Below are positions 1 to 8,983 of a stretch of DNA of 64,000 nucleotides, piece by piece (positions within the stretch are counted from its first letter, which is position 1; each line of letters starts with the position of its first letter). Where the stretch lies: NCBI GenBank assembly GCA_046290465.1, contig JBKAGP010000001.1:5312001-5376000 (forward strand), in the 5' to 3' direction. Source of the DNA: Planctomycetota bacterium. Its GTDB lineage: Bacteria > Planctomycetota > UBA1135 > UBA2386. The translations under genes and the position numbers were made by a program. Under the pieces are notes generated by a model, which was not told the DNA's origin, did no database searches, and saw only the letters and a list, made by a program, of their open reading frames with translations.

Positions 1-2006
1 GCCAGCGCGTTGGCGACCCGCAGGTGGCGCGCGCCGTACTTGAGGCGCAGGCCCTCGATCAGTTCGCGCTGCAGCCGCTCGGCCTCGTCGAGCTGGCTGC
101 GTTCGATCTGGATCAGGACCCTGGTCTCGAGCGCCGAGAGCAGCGCGTCCTCGGTCTTCTGGTCGCCCTGCAGCAGCGCCGTCGCCCGTTCGACGTGCTC
201 CAGCGCCTCGTCGTAGCGACCCAGGTGGCGCGCGCAGTCGGCGAGCAACGCGTGGTCGCCGCCGCAGGTTGCGGCATCCGCACCGAGCGCGTCGCCGTGG
301 ATCTGCAGCGCCCGCAGGGCGGTCTTGCGCGCACCTTCGTGGTCGCCGCGATCGTGCTGCAGCCACGCCCATGCGCGCAGGCTGTCGGCGACCAGGCTGT
401 GCTGCCCGCCGAGTTCCTGTTCGCGCAGCTCGAGGGCGCGCTGCAGGTGCACCTCGGCCTTGTCCAGCAAACCGAGGTTGCGATACGCGGTGCCCACCGT
501 CGTGCGGATCGCCGCGGCGACGGTCGCATCGGTGTCGAGGGCCGGCGCGTCGCGGTCGAACTCGTCGAGCAGCTGCCGAACGGTCATGTCCGGCCGGCGC
601 GGCGCGTGCGGATCGGACGCGACCAGCATGCTCTGCATCAGGCCGGCGATCACGCCGGCACGTTCGGCCTGCAGCGCGACCTCGGTCTTCTCGGCGCGGA
701 CCTGGTCGAGCGCCGCCGCCGTGTCCCGCTCGGACGCGACCGCGCGGTCGAGCGCCAGCGACGTGGTCACGACGCCGGCGAGCAGCGCCACGAACACGAC
801 GGCGACCGCCGAGGCGAGGCCCCGGTGGCGGCGCAGGAACTTCCAGGCGCGATAGCCGGCGGTCGGCGGCCCGGCGTCGACCGGCTCGTCGTCGAGGTAG
901 CGGCGCACGTCCTCGGCGAGCGCCCGCGCCGTCGGATAGCGCCGCACGCGCTGCTTGTCGAGCGCGCGCATCGCGATCCAGTCGAGCTCGCCGCGGATCA
1001 CCCGGCCGAGGCGGGCCGGATCGGTGCGCCGGCTCTGCGCGACGACGCCGAGCCGTTCGCCGAGCGAACTGACCCGCGTGCTCGGCTTGGGCGGGTCGAC
1101 CTCGCGCACGTGGCGCAACATCTCGTCGTAGCCGTGCTGCAGCAGTTCTTGCGCGTCGAACGGCTTGGTGCCGGTCAGCAGCTCGTAGAGCACCACGCCG
1201 AGGCTGTAGACGTCGGCCCGCGTGTCGACGTCGAGGCCGCTCATCTCGGCCTGCTCGGGCGCCATGTATTCGGGCGTGCCGATCATCTGCCGGAACTGCG
1301 TGAACAGCGTGCGCTGGGTCAGCTCCTGCGTGGTCGCCTTGGCGACGCCGAAGTCGATCACCTTCGGAACCGGCACCCCGTCGTGCATCGTCACCAGGAT
1401 GTTCGACGGCTTCAGGTCCCGGTGGATGATGCCCTTCTGGTGGGCGTGCTGCACGGCGAGGCAGATCGACTGGAACAGCTCCAGTCGCGACGGCGTGTCG
1501 AGGTTGGCCTTGTCGCAGTACTCGGTGACCGGCATGCCGCGCACCAGCTCCATGACGAAGTAGGGCCGGCCCGAGCCGGTCGCGCCGCCGTCGAGCACCT
1601 TGGCGATGTTCGGGTGGTCCATCAGCGCCAGCGCCTGCCGCTCCGCCTCGAAGCGCGCGACGACCTGGCGGGTGTCCATGCCGAGCTTGATGATCTTCAC
1701 CGCGACGCGGCGACGGATCGGCTCCTGTTGCTCGGCCATCCAGACGACGCCGAAGCCGCCTTCGCCGATGCGTTCGAGCAGTCGGTAGCGATCGATCTGG
1801 TCGCCCTCCTGCTCGCCCGGCAGCTGCGGTGGCTCGGCCAGGAACTCGTCGGCTTCGTCGAACGCCGCGAGCAGCGAGCGCACCTCGTCGCGCACCGCGT
1901 GGTCGTCGCAGGCCTCCTCGAGGAAGCCCGTGCGTTCGTCGCGGTCGAGATCGAGGGCGCGCTGGAACAGGTCCTGCACCGTGTCGTTGCGGTCGGGGGA
2001 GACCAT
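1..2006 (-). CDS. Ser/Thr protein kinase with C-terminal TPR-like region (3' end beyond window edge)
   Basis: Manual minus-strand translation from ATG 2006 gives MVSPDRND...YRLLERIGEGGFGVVWMAEQQEPIRRRVAVKIIK...HQKGIIHRDLKPSNILV...KVIDFGVAK...GTPEYMAPEQAE...DVYSLG. It is absent from the ORF track because there is no stop inside the window. Confidence 0.93.
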   Translation of the reverse strand, partial: MVSPDRNDTVQDLFQRALDLDRDERTGFLEEACDDHAVRDEVRSLLAAFDEADEFLAEPPQLPGEQEGDQIDRYRLLERIGEGGFGVVWMAEQQEPIRRRVAVKIIKLGMDTRQVVARFEAERQALALMDHPNIAKVLDGGATGSGRPYFVMELVRGMPVTEYCDKANLDTPSRLELFQSICLAVQHAHQKGIIHRDLKPSNILVTMHDGVPVPKVIDFGVAKATTQELTQRTLFTQFRQMIGTPEYMAPEQAEMSGLDVDTRADVYSLGVVLYELLTGTKPFDAQELLQHGYDEMLRHVREVDPPKPSTRVSSLGERLGVVAQSRRTDPARLGRVIRGELDWIAMRALDKQRVRRYPTARALAEDVRRYLDDEPVDAGPPTAGYRAWKFLRRHRGLASAVAVVFVALLAGVVTTSLALDRAVASERDTAAALDQVRAEKTEVALQAERAGVIAGLMQSMLVASDPHAPRRPDMTVRQLLDEFDRDAPALDTDATVAAAIRTTVGTAYRNLGLLDKAEVHLQRALELREQELGGQHSLVADSLRAWAWLQHDRGDHEGARKTALRALQIHGDALGADAATCGGDHALLADCARHLGRYDEALEHVERATALLQGDQKTEDALLSALETRVLIQIERSQLDEAERLQRELIEGLRLKYGARHLRVANAL

Positions 2007-2086
2007 GGCAGCACGATAGGCGCAGGAACGCGCCGGCGCCGGCCAGGCTTTCGCCCGGCCAGCGAGATTGCCGCAAGTGGTTGCGG

Positions 2087-4405
2087 CTACTTGCCGAACG
2101 GCGTGCGCAGGCCGTGCGTGGCGAGAATTCCGGCGGGGTTGGCGCCGGTTTCGAGCACGAACCACTGCGTGAACAGCTCGAACGGGCCCATCGCGCTCGG
2201 GATCGCCAGCGTGATCTCGGCGTCGCCGACGTTGTCGGCATACATCAGCACGGTGCCGAGCAGGTTCGGCGCCGTCGGGTCGACCGACAGCACGCAGCCG
2301 GTCATGCCGAGGGAGTCGAGCGGCGCGTTCGCCGGCGCCAGCGACGCGCCGAAGATCACGAAGCGACCCGGCAGGGCGGTGTCGACGCGGAACGTCTCCC
2401 ACTCGCTGCCGATGTGCTGCGTGCCCTGGTGGCTGACGTTCGCGTTGGCGCAGTTGCTGCCGAGCAGCGTCGGCGGCGTCAGCGCGACGTAGTTCTGCCA
2501 CGTGGCCCAGATCGGCTGGGTCGCGCTGCCGTTGTCGACGCCGAAGGCCAGCGCGAAGCGGTTGCTGACCGGGTCGTAGCAGATGCCGCCGTCCTCGGGC
2601 GTGGAGCCGGCGACCGCCCACGCGGTGTTCTGCTCCGAGACCATGCCGTCGTAGCCGAGCTTGCTCGCCTGGACGGTGCCGGCGCCGTAGTCGCTCGTCA
2701 GCACGCTCCAGTGCGAACCCGAGTCGAGGTCGAACGCGCAGTCGGCGACCTGCATCGTGAACAGCGGCGTGGTGGCGAGCACCTGCGCCGGGTGCGGCAG
2801 GGTGCCGTTCTGGGCGCTGTGCTCCCAGTCGAGGCGGCGCGCGACGACCTCGTCACCCTGGATGTTCAGCGGCTTGTTCGCGGTGTTGTCGCGGCGGGCG
2901 TAGCTGACCAGGTAGCGGCCGTCGGCGCCGGCGACCTTCGGGCTGAGCTCGTGCTCGCTGCCGGTCGCGATGCTGCGCACGTTGCCGAGGTTGCCGAACG
3001 TCGCCTGGACCCGCTGGGCCAGCACGTTCCAGGTGCTCGACGAGGCGTTGCCGTGCAGCTGCCAGGCGACGACCCACGAGTATTCGATGCCGCCCTCGGC
3101 GGCCTGGTTGACCGACGGGTGCTCCTTGTCGGTGACGACGCTGCTGTTGCCGATGACGAACGTGCTGCCGTCGACCGCGCCGTTGAGGCCGCTCGAGACG
3201 TCGACGCGGAAGCCGACGATCTCGCTGTCCGCGACGTTGGCGAAGAACGGGTTCGACTCACGCTGGTAGACGATCAGCACGTGGTTGCCGATCGACATCG
3301 CGCGGCTGCCGCCGACGTCCGGCCGCCACTGGTGCGTCGCCGACGCGTACGGTGCCGAGCCGTAGTTGGTGTTGAACGACGCGCTGCTCTTGGCGTGCGT
3401 GTGCCAGCGCACGCGGCGCGTGTTGCTGACCGGGAACTCGCGGGTGAACGCGGCCACGACCTTGCCGGCGCCGCTGCCGCCGGTGCCGGCGAGCTGGCCC
3501 TCGGTCGCGCTCCAGGTGCTCTGCAGGTCGCTGAACACGACCGCGTTGGGGCCGGACAGGCTGGCCTGGTTGCGGGTAACGATCAGGTCGCGGTCGGTCG
3601 CCGACGAAGCGCGGGAGAACACCAGCCAGACGTTGCTGCTGCTCTGCTCGGCATCGACGAACAGGTCGACGTGCTCGACCTCGTTGCCGGTGTCGAGCAG
3701 CGAGTTGCCGAGCAGCGGGTCGACGACCAGCGGGAAGGCGGCGCGGTCGACGTCGGCGGCGCCGAGGCGCAGGCGCACGGTGCCGTCGCGCAGCGAGGTC
3801 GTCATCGGGAAGCGGCGGCCGTAGGCATCGATTGCGATCGCGACGCCGTAGCGCACGACCTCGCGGCCGTTGGCGTCGACGAAGGCGAGCGGGGCGTGCG
3901 CGGCGCCGCGGCGTGCCGAGGTGGTGGTGCCGGTGACGGCCCCGTCGATGACGAGGTCCCCGGACGCGTTCGGCCGCTGCGAGAACACGAACGTCTGCTC
4001 GAGGCCGTCGGTGCGCACGTCGTAGGCCTCGACGACGGTGCCGAAGTGGTACTCGTAGCGGAAGTCGCCGACCTGGTGCGGCTCGGGCAGCTGCTGCACG
4101 AGCTCCCGTTCGCCGACGCGCACGGAGGTCGTGCGCCAGTGCAGCGTCTCGTTGTGCGGGGCGGACGCGCCGAGCACCGGCACGAACGTCATGCCGTCGT
4201 GGAACGACACCTTGTAGTCGGGGCCCGCGGCCCAGATGCCGTAGTCGCCGCCGACGGGGTCGGGGTCGGCGCCGTGGATCGGGACCCGCAGGTCGGTGGC
4301 GACCGCCTGCGCGTTCGTGGTGGCGTCGCCGTTGGTCGGCGACTGCGCCGCCAGCGTGGCGGCTGCAGCGAGGATCGAGAAGAACGGAATCGAGCGGATG
4401 TTCAT
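2087..4405 (-). CDS. Secreted hypothetical protein (772 aa) with a conserved ~120-aa C-terminal domain
   Basis: Start chosen at MNIRSIPFFSILAAAATLAAQ (signal peptide). The body is beta-rich. The C-terminus LGMTGCVL...LAIP...LFTQ...NPAG resembles those of 36604..39111 and 39154..40878. Confidence 0.8.
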   Translation of the reverse strand: MNIRSIPFFSILAAAATLAAQSPTNGDATTNAQAVATDLRVPIHGADPDPVGGDYGIWAAGPDYKVSFHDGMTFVPVLGASAPHNETLHWRTTSVRVGERELVQQLPEPHQVGDFRYEYHFGTVVEAYDVRTDGLEQTFVFSQRPNASGDLVIDGAVTGTTTSARRGAAHAPLAFVDANGREVVRYGVAIAIDAYGRRFPMTTSLRDGTVRLRLGAADVDRAAFPLVVDPLLGNSLLDTGNEVEHVDLFVDAEQSSSNVWLVFSRASSATDRDLIVTRNQASLSGPNAVVFSDLQSTWSATEGQLAGTGGSGAGKVVAAFTREFPVSNTRRVRWHTHAKSSASFNTNYGSAPYASATHQWRPDVGGSRAMSIGNHVLIVYQRESNPFFANVADSEIVGFRVDVSSGLNGAVDGSTFVIGNSSVVTDKEHPSVNQAAEGGIEYSWVVAWQLHGNASSSTWNVLAQRVQATFGNLGNVRSIATGSEHELSPKVAGADGRYLVSYARRDNTANKPLNIQGDEVVARRLDWEHSAQNGTLPHPAQVLATTPLFTMQVADCAFDLDSGSHWSVLTSDYGAGTVQASKLGYDGMVSEQNTAWAVAGSTPEDGGICYDPVSNRFALAFGVDNGSATQPIWATWQNYVALTPPTLLGSNCANANVSHQGTQHIGSEWETFRVDTALPGRFVIFGASLAPANAPLDSLGMTGCVLSVDPTAPNLLGTVLMYADNVGDAEITLAIPSAMGPFELFTQWFVLETGANPAGILATHGLRTPFGK

Positions 4406-5250
4406 CGGACTGGCTCCTGAGTCGGTGGTGAGCGCGACGACGTCGACGTGACTTCGCCGCGCCGGCACAGGCGCACGGTTGGCCGACGACCGGCCAGGAG
4501 TTTTCGCGGCCAGGGCGATGCAGACGGGGTTGGCGGGCCTCGTCGCCGCCTTGCGCCAAGGGCCCCGATTCCGATTCCGTCCGTCCCGTTTCGTTGGCGT
4601 CCTGCGCCGGCAAGCAGCCAGCGGCTCGATCGCCGCGAGCAACGCGGCGGCTCGCAGGTAGCTTCGCTAGGAGCGCGTCCATGTAGTGGACGCGCTGCCA
4701 ACCGTGATCGCGGAAGCGGCGTGTACGCGTGCGGACGGGGCTTTGCCCTCTGGCAGCGTCCGGTCGGGTCCGGCTGCCACTCCGGCGGCTCGGTGCCCTC
4801 GAGGTGCGCGCGCATGCAGCCGTCGTAGAGGAACCGCCAACCGTGGTCCTTGCTGGCGAGTTCGTCCTCGGTGACGCGGCCGAACATGCGCTCGGTGAAG
4901 CGCAGCGTGGTGCCGGTCTCGGTCGCCTCGAGCTCGTACTTGCCGACCCACGTCAGCGGGCTGCCGTACGAGCCGGTCAACTCGATCAGCTTGTCCTTCT
5001 GCACGTGGATGACCGTGCCCCAGATCATGCCGTTGCCGCCGCCCGCGTCTTCGAACATCTGGCCGCCAGGGCGGGCGTCGAGCGTGATCTTCTGCGGGCC
5101 GGGGCCGGAGCACATGTAGAACATGCCGGGCCACCAGCGTGCGAGGTCGTCGGTCAGCGCCTGCCAGACCTGCTGCGGCGTGGCCTTCAGTTCGATCTCG
5201 AGCACGTAGTCGGCGACGGTGGCCGGAGAGAGCGGGTGGGTCTCGGTCAT
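4402..5250 (-). CDS. SRPBCC/AHSA1-domain protein with doubtful C-terminal extension
   Basis: MTETHPL...IELKATPQQVWQALTDDLARWW...GWRFLYDG is a typical SRPBCC pattern, downstream of an ArsR gene. The domain appears to end near 4755 but the frame stays open to 4402. Confidence 0.8.
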   Translation of the reverse strand: MTETHPLSPATVADYVLEIELKATPQQVWQALTDDLARWWPGMFYMCSGPGPQKITLDARPGGQMFEDAGGGNGMIWGTVIHVQKDKLIELTGSYGSPLTWVGKYELEATETGTTLRFTERMFGRVTEDELASKDHGWRFLYDGCMRAHLEGTEPPEWQPDPTGRCQRAKPRPHAYTPLPRSRLAARPLHGRAPSEATCEPPRCSRRSSRWLLAGAGRQRNGTDGIGIGALGARRRRGPPTPSASPWPRKLLAGRRPTVRLCRRGEVTSTSSRSPPTQEPVR

Positions 5251-5258
5251 GGTGGTTC

Positions 5259-5606
5259 TCAGGCGCGGTTGCGCGAACGGGTCTGCTTGCGTGGGGATTC
5301 GAGCTGCTGCTTCAGGTCGAGCATGCGGTCGGCGGCGGGCGCGTCGAAGCGGCGCAGCCAGCGGCGCTGGATCTTGCGCAGCGGCACGGGGTTGAGGTGG
5401 TTCATGCGTTCGCGGCCGCGGCGTTCGGCGACCACCAGCCCGGCGTCGACGAGCACCTTCAGGTGCTTCATCACCGAAAAGCGGGTGGTGTCGAAGTGCT
5501 CGCACAGTTCGCCCGTGGTGTGCGGGCGCTTGCGCAGCAGGTCGAGCACCGCCCTGCGGGTGGCGTCGGCCAGGGCCTTGAACACGAGATCGTCGTCGTC
5601 CGACAT
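5259..5606 (-). CDS. ArsR/SmtB family transcriptional regulator
   Basis: VFKALADATRRAVLDLL...TGELCEHFDTTRFSVMKHLKVLVDAGLV winged HTH; ArsR-SRPBCC gene pair. Confidence 0.92.
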   Translation of the reverse strand: MSDDDDLVFKALADATRRAVLDLLRKRPHTTGELCEHFDTTRFSVMKHLKVLVDAGLVVAERRGRERMNHLNPVPLRKIQRRWLRRFDAPAADRMLDLKQQLESPRKQTRSRNRA

Positions 5607-5643
5607 GTGACCACATGGTCACATATGGAGCCAGCCCAGTCAA
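5605..5643 (-). promoter_or_regulatory. Putative sigma70 promoter overlapped by a 9-2-9 palindromic ArsR operator
   Basis: Inverted repeat ATGTGACCA-CA-TGGTCACAT at 5605-5624. On the minus strand: TTGACT (5643-5638), 17 nt, GACCAT (5620-5615), 8 nt, ATG 5606. Confidence 0.7.
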
Positions 5644-5658
5644 GTGGTCGGGAGGGAG

Positions 5659-6270
5659 TCAGCGCAGCGCGGCGCGCACGCGCCGTCGCACCAGCGGCAG
5701 CACCTGTTGCTCGAACCAGCCGTTCTTGCGCAGCCAGATGTTGTTGCGCGGGCTCGGGTGGGGCAGCGGGGTGATGCGGTGCTTCGCGAACGCGCGGTGC
5801 GCGCGCACGGTTGCGGTCACGTCCGGCTTGCCGAGGTCGAGCCCGTCCACCCGCAGCGGCAGCCGGGACAGGTGCCACGCCATCGCGTAGCTGCCGATCA
5901 CGAACGTGCACGAAAGCTCGGGCAGGCGGTCGAGCAGCGGCTGGCGCCACGCCGGCGCGCACTCCGATCGCGGCGGCAGGTCGCCGCTGCGGCCGGTGCC
6001 GGGAAAGCAGAACCCCATCGGCAGGATGGCGATCCTCTCCGGATCGTAGAACGTGTCGCGGTCGACGCCGAGCCAGGCGCGCAGCCGCTCGCCGCTGGCG
6101 TCGTCGAACGGCACGCCCGACTCGTGCACCTTGCGGCCGGGAGCCTGGCCGGCGATCAGGATGCGGGCCTTGGGATCGAACTGCAGCACCGGGCGCACGC
6201 CGTGCTCGAGGTGTGCCGCGCACAGGTTGCACGCGCGCACGTCGCGCAGGAGCCTTTGGGTTGAGGTCAT
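5659..6270 (-). CDS. Uracil-DNA glycosylase family protein
   Basis: RACNLCAAHL...ILIAGQAPG...PFDDASGERLRAWLG...FCFPG...LPHPSPRN; ATGA overlap with the upstream glycosyltransferase stop. Confidence 0.88.
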   Translation of the reverse strand: MTSTQRLLRDVRACNLCAAHLEHGVRPVLQFDPKARILIAGQAPGRKVHESGVPFDDASGERLRAWLGVDRDTFYDPERIAILPMGFCFPGTGRSGDLPPRSECAPAWRQPLLDRLPELSCTFVIGSYAMAWHLSRLPLRVDGLDLGKPDVTATVRAHRAFAKHRITPLPHPSPRNNIWLRKNGWFEQQVLPLVRRRVRAALR

Positions 6271-8957
6271 CGTGTCGTCGGTGCGTCGGGGGCCGGACTG
6301 TCGGGGGCCGGTGCGTCGGCAGCCCTCGGGTCGGCAACCGGGGCCTCGGCAACCAGCGTCTCGGCAACCGGGGCGTTGGCCACCCGGGCGATGGCCTCGC
6401 GGATCGCCGGCACCGATCCGCCCTGCCGGAGCCAGCGGAACAGCAGCAGGTGGCGCGCGGCCATCGTCGCGCGTTCGGCGACCTCGGGCAGCCTCCGCGT
6501 GCTGCGCCCCAAGCCGAGCACGGCTTGCATGCTGGTCGCGAGGTCGTCGACGAACGCCTCGTCGACGTTGCCGACGAGTTGGTCCAGGTTGCCGGCGTCG
6601 AGTCCGAACATGCTCTCGAACGGGGGCGCGACCAGCCGGCCGTGGTCGGCGTGCAGCAGCAGCTGCTCGCGTGCCGCGCCGACGTCGCTGAGCACCATCG
6701 GCAGCCCGGCGCGCATGGCTTCGAAGACCGCGAGGCTGCAGCCCTCCCAGTACGACGGCAGGAAGAACGCATCGGCCATCTCGTAGCAGGCTTCCACATC
6801 GTCGCGGTGGCCGGCGAGCACGACCGCTTGCTCGAGTCCGAGTTTGCGGATGTCGGAGCGCACGGCCGCCGCGTGCATCGGGTTCATCTCGCTGCCGAGG
6901 CAGACGAGCCGGATGCCGGGTCGCTGCTCGCGGAGCTTCGCCAGCGCGCGCATGCCGGCGCGGTGCGCCTTGGCCGGCTGCAGCGACGCGACCTGCACGA
7001 ACACGAAGTCGTCGTCCGCGAAGCCGAACTCGTTGCGCAGGCGGGCGCGCGTGTCGGTCGGCAGGTCCGCGCGCGGCGCGATGCCGTTCTCGATGACGAG
7101 CATCTTCTGCACGTCGAGCTGCAGCCGCAGGTCCGCGTAGCCGAGCGCCTGCGCCGAGACGCACGCGTAGGCCGCGGTGTGGGGGTCGGCTTTGCGGTAG
7201 GCCTCGACCTGCTCCGGTTCGAACCAGACGTAGCTGTTGTGCACGACCTGCACGAACGGCACCCCGGCCGCGGCGGCCGCCGACGCGCCGAACGTGCTCG
7301 CGTGCGCGCTGACGACGTGCCAGCCGCCGTCGGCGAGCATGCGCGCGTACGAGGCGTCGTCCCGCGACGGCAGCGCGACGCGCTGCACGCCGGCAGGGAG
7401 ATGTCCGGTCGATCCGTCGAGGGCGAGCAGGCCGACGTCGCAGCCCTGCTCGAGCCAGCACGCCGCGAGATCCTCCGCGACCCGTTCGAGCCCGCCCTTG
7501 CCGAACGTGTCGAGCTGCAGCAACACGCGCAGCCGCTCCTCGCCCGGCATCGGCAGCGGCGTCGGCACCGCCCGCCGGAGCTGCTGCGGGTCCCGGGTCC
7601 TGCCGAAAAACGAGCGGTTCGAAGCGAATCGCCGTGCCAGCTGCAACGACCCTTCGTCACGTTCGCCGATGCACGCCGTGCGGGTGTGGACCGAAAGCCG
7701 GGCGGCGGTGTCGGCGTCGGCGGCGAACGCGAGCAGCGGCAGGTTTCGCAGCGCGAGGTGGGCGTCGTGGGCCTGGGTCGGCGTCTCGAACCAGCTGACG
7801 ACGGGCACGGGGCTGGGCTTCCCGGGCGCGGCGAGGCGCTCGGGCGGCGCGACGAGCATCGCCTTGCCGTCGACGGCGTCGGCGTCGTCCCCGAGCACGG
7901 CATCCTCGGGGCACTGCTGCTTGCACCACGCTGCCAGTTCGCCGTGCGCCAGCACCACGAACGCATCGGCAAACCACGCAGCGCGTTCGCGCTCGTACGC
8001 CATCAACACCTTCGCCCGCTCGGCGATCTTCAGCTCGCGCGCCCTGGCGCTCAGCGTGTTGTCGTGCACGCGGTACTGGTAGAGCACCTCGTCGGTGCCG
8101 AGGTGTTCGATGCGGAACAGCCGGTTGATCCGCATCCAGTAGTCGTAGTCCTCGAGGCCGAGCTCCGGGTTGTAGTCGCCGAGCAGCCGGCCGACCTGGC
8201 CGCGGTAGAGGAAGCACGCGCCGATGAAGTTGTCCTCGTAGCGGTTGAGGTCGTGCGTGCTGCGGTTGACGCGGACCACGGACAGGTTGCCCTTGTCGGT
8301 GCGGTCCATGACGCGGAACTCGCCGCCCTCGAGCAGCTGGCCCTGCTCGTCGATCAGCTCGTAGTCGGCGTAGACCATCGCGACCTCGGGCCGGTTCTGC
8401 AAGAACGTCACCAGCCGCGCGAGCTGGTCCCGGTGCATGCGGTTGTCGGCCGACGTCCACGTGAAGTACTCGCCGGTTGCGAACTCGAAGCCGGTGCTGA
8501 GCGCCTTCGGCAGGCCCTGGTTGGGCTGCGCCACGACGCGCACGCGCGGATCTTGCAGATAGGGGCGCACCGCCTCGTGCAGCCCGTCGCTGCTGCCGTC
8601 GTCGACGACGATCAGCTCGAACGACCCGTAGCTCTGTGCCAGCACGCTGTCGATCGCCTGGGCGACCATGTCGGCCTGCTGGTAGACCGGCAGCACCACG
8701 CTGACGTGTCCCGGTCGTTCGACGCCGGCGGCAGCGCCGACGTGCCGCACGTCGTCGCGCCGGAAGAACTCGTCCTTGCCGGTCCAGCGCAGCACGCGCT
8801 GCTGCCAGCGGTTGGGCAGCAGCTGGTAGATGCCCTTCTTGACGGCGCGCAGCCACGGCCCCGGGCCCTCGCGCATCTTGCGGATCGTGACCATCGCGAT
8901 CCACACGAACCGATCCCGGCGGCTGCCGAACGGAACGAGCTTGCGATAGAGACCCAT
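6267..8957 (-). CDS. Bifunctional glycosyltransferase (GT2 + GT4 domains)
   Basis: GT2 motifs VSVVLPVY...LIVVDDGSSD...WTSADN...EDYDYW; GT4 motifs GGLERV...FFLPSYWEGCSLAVFEAMRAGLP. Start at MGLYRK. Confidence 0.9.
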   Translation of the reverse strand: MGLYRKLVPFGSRRDRFVWIAMVTIRKMREGPGPWLRAVKKGIYQLLPNRWQQRVLRWTGKDEFFRRDDVRHVGAAAGVERPGHVSVVLPVYQQADMVAQAIDSVLAQSYGSFELIVVDDGSSDGLHEAVRPYLQDPRVRVVAQPNQGLPKALSTGFEFATGEYFTWTSADNRMHRDQLARLVTFLQNRPEVAMVYADYELIDEQGQLLEGGEFRVMDRTDKGNLSVVRVNRSTHDLNRYEDNFIGACFLYRGQVGRLLGDYNPELGLEDYDYWMRINRLFRIEHLGTDEVLYQYRVHDNTLSARARELKIAERAKVLMAYERERAAWFADAFVVLAHGELAAWCKQQCPEDAVLGDDADAVDGKAMLVAPPERLAAPGKPSPVPVVSWFETPTQAHDAHLALRNLPLLAFAADADTAARLSVHTRTACIGERDEGSLQLARRFASNRSFFGRTRDPQQLRRAVPTPLPMPGEERLRVLLQLDTFGKGGLERVAEDLAACWLEQGCDVGLLALDGSTGHLPAGVQRVALPSRDDASYARMLADGGWHVVSAHASTFGASAAAAAGVPFVQVVHNSYVWFEPEQVEAYRKADPHTAAYACVSAQALGYADLRLQLDVQKMLVIENGIAPRADLPTDTRARLRNEFGFADDDFVFVQVASLQPAKAHRAGMRALAKLREQRPGIRLVCLGSEMNPMHAAAVRSDIRKLGLEQAVVLAGHRDDVEACYEMADAFFLPSYWEGCSLAVFEAMRAGLPMVLSDVGAAREQLLLHADHGRLVAPPFESMFGLDAGNLDQLVGNVDEAFVDDLATSMQAVLGLGRSTRRLPEVAERATMAARHLLLFRWLRQGGSVPAIREAIARVANAPVAETLVAEAPVADPRAADAPAPDSPAPDAPTTR
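6277..6380. repeat. Degenerate 15-bp tandem repeat encoding the Pro/Ala-rich glycosyltransferase tail
   Basis: Units such as ggccggactgtcggg, ggccggtgcgtcggc, aaccggggcctcggc and aaccagcgtctcggc; the peptide is APVAETLVAEAPVADPRAADAPAPDSPAPDAP. Confidence 0.6.
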
Positions 8958-8983
8958 GCGCGCTGCACGATGGCGGCTCCGGG

